DNA of 58,892 nucleotides from a virus (Duplodnaviria; Caudoviricetes): IMG/VR virus record IMGVR_UViG_3300021962_000120, positions 1 to 58,892 of that record; one strand, 5' to 3'. Shown piece by piece: positions 55,201 to 58,892 of this stretch (position 1 is its first letter; each line of letters starts with the position of its first letter). The notes under the pieces were generated by a model. It saw only the letters and a program-made list of their open reading frames with translations, ran no database searches and was not told where the DNA came from. The position numbers and the translations under genes were made by a program.

Positions 55201-58200
55201 ATAACTGGGAACATATCAGCCAAGGTAACTTCCCCGACCCAACTTATTCGGGTTGGGAAACGGCTACAGGCAACGCTCCGCTTGAAACTTCATACGAGTT
55301 GCATGACCGTACACTGTTCTTCCATATCACCAAGAACGGTAACACCCACAGTCACCGATACCCAACTTATTATACGCACGCTGGTGGTGTAACAAACGCT
55401 GAATTAACGGCTGTGTCATACAGCGGCACTACACTTACTGTCAATGCCGCTCCCGATATTTTGTTGTTTAATGAAGCCATTCGTGATGGTCGCAAGTTCT
55501 TGCGCTTGTATGACCCTGTTACTGACCGAGGTGGGGTTGCATCATTTACCAACATTGTTGGCTCCACTTTTACTGGATGTGTTGGAGATGCTGACTTTGA
55601 TGCACTTGTTTCATCCTCAATTACTTCGCTGAAAGTTGTTCCATCGTACTACATTCCAGCAGGCAGTACTCGCTTCTTTGCCGCTCGCCGCCTTCGTGAC
55701 CATGCAGAAGTGAGTGGTAATTCACCCGACATGGTGCATACTCGTTACATCAATTTTTGGACACTGGCTGATACGCTATGTCATACTATCTACGAAATAC
55801 CGCAGATGAGTCCATTGTCTTTGCCTCGTATGGGGCATCACTTTGTCAATCCAACCATGGCAATGCTTCCCGGCCATTTTGCTCACCCTGCCTATCAAGG
55901 TCTGTACAATAAACACCGAGCAATCCGTTCTGCTACAGTGAAAGCGCATGAAACAGCACTAATGGAAGAACAAGACCTTGGTGACCTCAAGACCGATATT
56001 TCAACTACACTTACTGATAAACTGTACGGTTACGATACGCTACACACCTTCGGTGCGCTTACGGCTACACCAAGCGGGCCGAGTGATATTCACGGCGGTG
56101 CTTTCACACTTATGTTTGAATCCAAGATTCGTAGCGATGGGTATGGTGTACTGGCATCGGAAGGAGAGGCTGGTAACATCAACAAGGCTGGTGGACACTC
56201 CATTGTGTTAGAAGCCGCCGCTACCTACACCCTGCGCCATCACTTCCCCGACCCAAGCGAGGTAGGTGCATACCAAATTGTCATTCAGCCTAACATTCAC
56301 AAATCTCAATTGATAGGCTACCATGCCAACGGTGCGGCCACTGGTTTACCCGATGGCACCGTCAATGAACTGACCAGCCAACAGGTCGCACTCGTTGTAG
56401 GTCTGCGTGAACCCGACAGTGCTACGGGTGCGGTCGCTCTTGTATTGGCTGAGGCTACGATGGCTGATGTGCGTGGGTGTGAGGTGTTCATCAATGAACT
56501 CATCCTTGACCACGACCCCGACCACGGTAGCCAATTCACCAACATCCCGCCGTTGATGCTGTACAACGCTTTGGGTGTGCAGGCAACCGAAAGCCCTGCA
56601 TTTGTCAAGCGTTCACTGCCTTACCACCCGCAAATGTTTGACCGCTCTACTCCGGGTATGACGACCAACATCCCGTGGTGGAGTATCATCCACAAAAACG
56701 GCCCCGACCATGCAGACGCTACGGGCTTCCGTCACCTCAACCACCATCGTCTTGACAACTACTACGAGTTCTTGCGTGCAAGCACGGGAAGTATAGCCTG
56801 TCAAATCACACTTGCAGGCTACCCAAGTTTGTACCCCGACTTGTATCACGAGGTGCTTGAGAACATCAGCCTCAACCCTGTGTGTACCGTGGTAAGTTGG
56901 ACATCAACCACCATCACCGTTGATGATGCTCGTGGCTTCCCGCAAATACCCTACTACGGCAACAAGTTGGAATACACGGATGCTAATGGTGTACGACGCA
57001 CTCATACTTACACTGAGCGCAGTGGGTATGATGCTACGAACATGAATGAACCAAAGCAATTCACTATTACTGCCAAGACTTCTTTCACCAGCAATTTAAC
57101 TGCTGGCACGAAGTTGCGCCTTACCCGTGCTTACGACTTCCGCCCTGCTGGTGCTATTTTCACAGATTCCAAGACCAGCATGGTGACTCGCATTCTACCG
57201 CAGATGCTACAGGGTAGCCGAGATACCAACAGCCTGCACATGGCCGATGCATTCTTGTGTTTGTGGCATCCTAACCTTGGGCGACCCCATACCTTCTATT
57301 CCGATTCCAGTCGCACATGGCTCAACCCACTCACCGACCGTGCTGTGGACAAGAAACCACTCAATAGTATGCCCGAACATTTTGAGACTGTACACTACCA
57401 CGATGCCGCATACTACGCCAGCCTCGGCCCATTTGCATTTGACCGTAAGTTTGTAGCACCGCCATATGAAATTAAAGACACCACTGGTAACCCTTCAACG
57501 GTAACTGGGGTAGGTAGTAATTTTGTTAATACTACATTACGAGGTACTGTTTTATCTTCTCTTCTAAAAGTTATCATTGATGGAACAGCATACACCGTTA
57601 GTGGAGGTAGCGGCACACAAATCATTTTCCAAGAAACTGTCAAAGCAACTATACCAATTGGCAGTACAATTCTTATTGATGGTAGCGGAGATTTAGTTAC
57701 CGCCGATGTGTTGGACACGACATACGGAAACCCCTTGTTGATTGCAAACCGATTTGACCCACAAGGTGGACAGGCTGATTCGGGCGATGCGGCAACAAAG
57801 ACCAACCTCAACCATTACTGGCCGTGTGGTAGTCGTGGTGGCCCGCTCATCAGTCGTCTTGACGGGTACGGGTATGTCTCAGCCGCATGGAATTATCCAC
57901 GAGACTACTCGTTTGATGGCCCAGTATGGACTGACGCTGATGATACTGGTAGCGGTTACACGGTGCTCAACGGTGTTAGTAATACCTCTTACGACAGTAT
58001 CAGCGACCCTACCCGCACCCGCCCATTTGGTTATCGTATTGGTCTGCGCCAACCGTACAACAAACCACAATGGTCGTTGTATGGTATGCGTGCATTCCGT
58101 GAGGCGGCTGTAACGACTACGAACAATGTCGTAGGTTATCCACACGGGCCACTTGTGCAAGGTGAAACTGAAACATGGACATACGCAGGCGGGAGTGGCC

Positions 58201-58892
58201 TTTCCAATGGTACATACCCCAACACCCAACTCGGTATCATGGAGCGTCAAACCAACTTCAGCGGTATGCTTGGAGTGGACAAACCCGAATGGCAGGTGCG
58301 TTACAGCGACGGTATGCGTGTAGCCCGCCCATTCGGTTGTCCTGTTCGCACGCTACGAAACACCAACACTGTTCTTCGTGATTGGTGGGGTGATAGCGAA
58401 GGCAAGGGTATTTACAAATTAGACGAGGCTGTAGCCTATTACTTGGTGGACTGGTGGGGTAACACTCGTGGTGAGGATGTGCGCCGCCATCCTGTTCGTG
58501 CCTTCGGTATTCGCCCTGCTTGGGATGCCGCTGATGTGTACGAATATGACCGAACAGATGACCGAACCCCCTATCAGCGCATTTACAACAACGGAAACCC
58601 AGTTGTTAATATGAAGGGATTGATTGATAGTAATGGTGAAGTAAGTTTAGCGGGGGGTGTAACTGTCCCACGCTTCGGTGGGCGACTTAACGACACCAAC
58701 AACAATGACACTACACAACTTGTGGATGTGTACTTCCCCACCAACGCCCATCGTGTTGGTGATGATGGACACGGGCGTGGTCTGCGATACCCCACTGCTT
58801 TCAATGAGGATGTGCTGACAGCCCTCAACGAGCCGTATCACGCAACAGGTGTTGTGTTGTCTCACCACACCGCTGAGCCAAACATGAATGAT
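43239..58892 (+). CDS. Giant tail/adhesin protein, 3'-truncated (at least 5,218 aa), N-terminal LamG/ConA-like domain
   Basis: GAGGTGA RBS, ATG 43239, MVAIGRSSHAFFFDGVSDSVIIP...FVIEAWVVP. No listed plus-strand ORF lies in this frame, spot-checked lines are stop-free, and the frame is open at the window end. Confidence 0.85.
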   Translation, partial: MVAIGRSSHAFFFDGVSDSVIIPQGRFTKTGVKDADGNKLMTKTLQGSGDIVSINNKTIADFVIEAWVVPDCGGVIAHREGQFTLEMGTVDTPGPAVFSVSVESIAGPSVFRLATAYDASTRWDGIVYPQQEHGGIHDSYNRYDTGNYGEATNLNFNNRPLYHVVAGITKNRVFLAVNGEIVSEQDIPPETRLARSTEHVYLGGKGGEFRGAIEAIHFSNEFDENMLQPSMAVKGQTTSALFRFEEPIDVVQESYEFTAYTVTDASTTTLTMAAADAQALIARLTGKAYDSSSPTTTFTSTPYSMGNYKVVDYYTNSGTPTTISVPHTPYNLLINPGAINRNTQKPNQSPPERVRLESINGNTGVVTFNSIHIDFINGTGGLRGALHTRTTDVDNYFVVVGADSLIDNGTGKPYQPPHYGTQIFDKTGQMILDESDIANHGMVYSSQMATDTATNAYAVNWPADLDTLFQVGHSGRHTFSHITGHEYMRRYPKPTDLIIDQQVDGSADIVQMAYDSNTRNIDEMFAMNSLIDFYSETLEAPIARIENSSSVATITHNGMPVSKRELIAIGGSGFKYAPFMLKGPVPEVGSIDENNRLYHLTPETESRVALLHVPDLKTSHNLAPFVEVHYNAIDLTGASMGESTPMLMVEKTVPAGSFDLGGGTRVLDVITADLANTTLYSPGGVIYLSNAISGYGSLMQESHTLIGDNTGGQDSDTELDYSRTPALYTPPNDVNAEPASPPFAVARSHNSSTHHSVYHRLAIEAMSSSQSDTITDEGAGKRTRQPTTDKTGTGVFDLGPTTHSSRVFEMFNIIDNVIITDEAGIIAKIFVQPSVKSRVNQLSLVRSLQSGDVPNIASIMFLMSRCRVRGVSKQESPESNMSTVVVTATGIADSFVNENVSAVGSGSPDSHVVKEIEPNAPVVTVTLGGPGQGGVNTKPTYDPSPLMRLPGSTRRSCAVQARVVDTNTSILSMSVAPLNNGSPDIKSWGTICFPKTGRIYLADGASAEYFLKNGAGFQFNETNAIQNRKFLDAAGVAYATFHDWCNATGVIEPTASTGTYTTSVYVFNDGDFDNDSLAQDGSTVNDRLFQSLDTVTHDYQLGTQYASTRAMVEIPVFPQQFFDHTELGIFPGPDNSMKLHIDATYTAHTWNPTPVGRRADDIGVADKSANSAYSYTINNQDYIESATILRVENATASHTHPSTGATTHTDHFHIYVSHPKMFPNGSNTDAFGNLKGINRLRRVFLTSGEWAVYDNDPATDGYLSIPSNATGGYHDGYSQTFFQNAIVGAKLHIGAGFRNETLIPVASDLELPSSDIEGRSPYYYDAANMKTQGGNLDYGLRQYVSAVEFKAGPLANPHAPRTITKCATTTITQAIAAPSGNSIILTLENASLFPDPPFNRNSSNAIDIEEGDLLYVGEIMLDTPVEVAYFSKNNGPISENSILVEPLNGVSITLGDIIGVEFRLTKAGHNMGILDDPANITVAEASTSLTKTDEIWEVKVAATSGSTTSIEIAPATLTNRFAHANTVGFNARKGDKLYIYSGGSYNYVGEVSAVVSDLTHPTASNTVVTLTANNATALSVGDDLYISSATVIQEDFDAILNRSWLYPYAQGGLRNGDTVWMNMTVNNPHAVEGLFAKSRGVFNENTVWKGFNGGRGTLDDNPRDSIPLENFLIGNSCLETAQNFAQHVNKTVEMNYEAMGLDASQAPTVAYIDPYLSTDGNARVLLFDVAHDREFIAFHDIHMQVQSSAATPTIGYTRNIAHETGTIKLDKFLISTNGGAPHYFTTQIDVANGFPSQNKYVRATQQSKFIESAYAHNVPNTVTHDLLGKTTAGSDEKYTIGDPTSTANSARRGKGHGHFVHTGLFHEQTSNTHTVGDSNLPRVQPAVASVYYASQAHKLIRKENDGNALLKRLKKHRADQDPNLFSLTDPSTLFDTPDGTRVISAFLCLKGKRNSTLELANHEESRLQHLKHWTQMDFVRRMTLDLGEVGVKEGVTDIEAAAREMVRLINQGGAPNGRTHARRPSQQYPGESERLDLTRIGVRQDIADENKDPTSAHINADFAATGSTYDPAPFWYGDIAFDTHDRGSHMGYVRAHLGRVVEDINGNEGYSIVIHSTIPGASGRNFCVWLDNSKGQSSYQPQFLIGHGGRFRNFWAQPDEILGENMHPAPMPLNKDGRPFAPVTTLREYVAQEEPDEAFTSNHDITSRRNEVANPKGRNISAHLGGMSHNSVNDESFETQSPSTALVKGLRVGKQAVGRINFGGLVASGVPGFSPIAGKHGLGRKGDSSFDKLYNEGIQIGSTSPSAITNYSGHVKNTEVIDDAIGDTPLYGFRFADHRGQGYGVRYIYRKMDEAFANDLTTIPSTLDDEVCIYFNDGDVAKGGFTIGHHMLGYGDATGQMDVSLLSKNSWRGNQWRGVYAPSLGVDCDISWDASASTLEVLLGAPFDTGATVLNNHPDILGYLGFPRQNGVIQITDPFTSITGSTGNVISYESRTQLGTTGTHVFYGVRGNEFNASHYLSVLGDISLTAGAVTMFNTSTNRIIKAIITPRINWTTLVTDELIAAVTAEAINLVNPNVQDGVTFDCRHMYAADGRTFGDWGVAADAIRIRAHNPQRGARPLSTMFEASLHQDLGIEAPHLEFGEYEKLDQTSNSQWTVTASSAHHKPVSDANIKDNHQKADCGYLPYTVLQIRTKARGYHTNTPTPVLVDSYNDPVPTKTWANNLKGLTYTSRSGDHILPAINNNMAVFANHNYSPPNNLSTFTLLVGEYVTDLVKPAGQESASFSGETKLLSFGERKKVYHGSDKIAIMKSQQGVNSLTILEVSDLYANDAFMNEFGGGSVTEDGLLMSHADIKCSGMRLYGSVESEPITYFKGGRDSTDHSVPLYFGGGFSGVVLDVNDGSQNDYSSFYTHPYSTGPTGTAGIQNANEISTAYALVDCNALLAFFPGTPLLNQHRGSINPPAYNQDNVLSPDLDAGTLINLITNPSHVTARYANGIVRQRPIPLVMRMPHQTARYTDHKTSTKYFTTYLIYGPGQAFPFNEPTSGLGDVEPHPGYVVTTGNTWSKVPANLNLPNEITNSDGDYGPPNSVYQTDRQRFHWRTTLNWSPAQGIPNIGDGVGLYQRPEHGYHYGEHFINPVPGKISLSNDADYRKAHPYQHCAMAYYGIAMSADMTFHMDGGYHPGGSWLDNQMAFNPQMQKNDFTISKINGNLVNPTAFRVSGVMATSVLNGLLGESASDFDREIIVVDATRCQNGEELATIIGQAINENPGKGALKAMGGTFMPSMGNAQRQDRYGWIEMDWNTVYVNDTATSSQSYIEGTMSGGTQASLEQIPACGWIRTDDGGRPVAGGGICPAFAPYHSREVYDNGGTWTVRFWLAPNRITGKAQFEDITTWQEKCDLITPVTVPTFAIAPPYGVPTKLYIWSKSGVHYYNNENDSTRDHMTRVHFSGLVDALDRTRPVGAMGWAGERYSYLNSLKVGTEGYGAGLGAWHPILGFSPYGPASSVMSTFGHLPHYTPMRNAPEATGVLNGVNNTDTMITTKYTWTYASTNTTPAYSFTDAESSNYFTDPVHIGDKNAVPRALHHTQGVFSRAFLVISYEAEMPLVAKYDRDGITGTGDWLAVVNKTAGGTAAADAIKFAGTVQWDERIHGVDRFVAPAHGGPNIEALIPLPVTLPIDDIPSVPFQMHGPVVDDNILYNAEPCYAKTGDLFFDLDQSPGSFFLEDATDVERNLITDLKTSTSTELDRYGDDANYWLGDTNAFKMNQRSPARNFSVEHIVWKRMDGGNLSLPAVNARGLGAVPFVTRVNSGTAYTTGEKLYGINRFSFETTNSAMFPIIQAQELAHPQIAAAHPDELRNVLAIPNEEMQFEEVQVEDDTGQVHIIEGGSPFGTIIRTFNPVSDRSAEGLAPATAGSGVEPNLKVRLPNPDSIPGNLLVRAGFDRLQAYQNESFGTGGMMRPMSANSIKHLFTDETKGPRLGGTFSDHNWEHISQGNFPDPTYSGWETATGNAPLETSYELHDRTLFFHITKNGNTHSHRYPTYYTHAGGVTNAELTAVSYSGTTLTVNAAPDILLFNEAIRDGRKFLRLYDPVTDRGGVASFTNIVGSTFTGCVGDADFDALVSSSITSLKVVPSYYIPAGSTRFFAARRLRDHAEVSGNSPDMVHTRYINFWTLADTLCHTIYEIPQMSPLSLPRMGHHFVNPTMAMLPGHFAHPAYQGLYNKHRAIRSATVKAHETALMEEQDLGDLKTDISTTLTDKLYGYDTLHTFGALTATPSGPSDIHGGAFTLMFESKIRSDGYGVLASEGEAGNINKAGGHSIVLEAAATYTLRHHFPDPSEVGAYQIVIQPNIHKSQLIGYHANGAATGLPDGTVNELTSQQVALVVGLREPDSATGAVALVLAEATMADVRGCEVFINELILDHDPDHGSQFTNIPPLMLYNALGVQATESPAFVKRSLPYHPQMFDRSTPGMTTNIPWWSIIHKNGPDHADATGFRHLNHHRLDNYYEFLRASTGSIACQITLAGYPSLYPDLYHEVLENISLNPVCTVVSWTSTTITVDDARGFPQIPYYGNKLEYTDANGVRRTHTYTERSGYDATNMNEPKQFTITAKTSFTSNLTAGTKLRLTRAYDFRPAGAIFTDSKTSMVTRILPQMLQGSRDTNSLHMADAFLCLWHPNLGRPHTFYSDSSRTWLNPLTDRAVDKKPLNSMPEHFETVHYHDAAYYASLGPFAFDRKFVAPPYEIKDTTGNPSTVTGVGSNFVNTTLRGTVLSSLLKVIIDGTAYTVSGGSGTQIIFQETVKATIPIGSTILIDGSGDLVTADVLDTTYGNPLLIANRFDPQGGQADSGDAATKTNLNHYWPCGSRGGPLISRLDGYGYVSAAWNYPRDYSFDGPVWTDADDTGSGYTVLNGVSNTSYDSISDPTRTRPFGYRIGLRQPYNKPQWSLYGMRAFREAAVTTTNNVVGYPHGPLVQGETETWTYAGGSGLSNGTYPNTQLGIMERQTNFSGMLGVDKPEWQVRYSDGMRVARPFGCPVRTLRNTNTVLRDWWGDSEGKGIYKLDEAVAYYLVDWWGNTRGEDVRRHPVRAFGIRPAWDAADVYEYDRTDDRTPYQRIYNNGNPVVNMKGLIDSNGEVSLAGGVTVPRFGGRLNDTNNNDTTQLVDVYFPTNAHRVGDDGHGRGLRYPTAFNEDVLTALNEPYHATGVVLSHHTAEPNMND

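Noticed and set aside
43230-58892. Gene desert, recoded stop codons, or many small ORFs
   Set aside because: Explained by one plus-strand frame that lacks a stop inside the window; the listed short ORFs are off-frame or antisense shadows.

Overview
This window looks like the virion-morphogenesis half of a tailed dsDNA virus (Caudoviricetes, siphovirus-like: tail tube present, no sheath) that infects an archaeon. The archaeal call rests on GAGGTGA/GGTGA ribosome-binding sites and TATA boxes about 25 nt upstream of short-leader or leaderless starts. A Marine Group II (Poseidoniales) magrovirus is my best guess, but that is inference. Recognisable core genes are the terminase large subunit, portal, prohead protease-scaffold, HK97-type major capsid protein, adaptor, tail terminator, tail tube, a tail chaperone pair and a short tape measure. 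An uninterrupted ORF of more than 5,200 codons, missed by the ORF track, runs off the right end. Accessory genes include an HMG-CoA lyase, an Arf-like small GTPase among membrane proteins, an AbrB-type regulator, a LAGLIDADG-domain protein and a 1,905-aa protein with a degenerate ATP-dependent ligase fold. The main novel signal is a ~13-aa linker, (A/K)S-EP-M-[DE]-x-A-[WF]-xx-LLK, found about 14 times in at least 7 non-tail genes. It is either an N-terminal leader or a separator between unrelated modules in long ORFs, and it is conserved as near-identical in-frame 37-39 bp DNA repeats. It ends in the same LLK motif seen at the predicted maturation sites of the capsid protein and protease. I interpret this as a modular capsid-cargo polyprotein system (targeting tag, protease site and recombination joint) that delivers swappable effectors. 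No databases were searched; family calls come from motif recognition.
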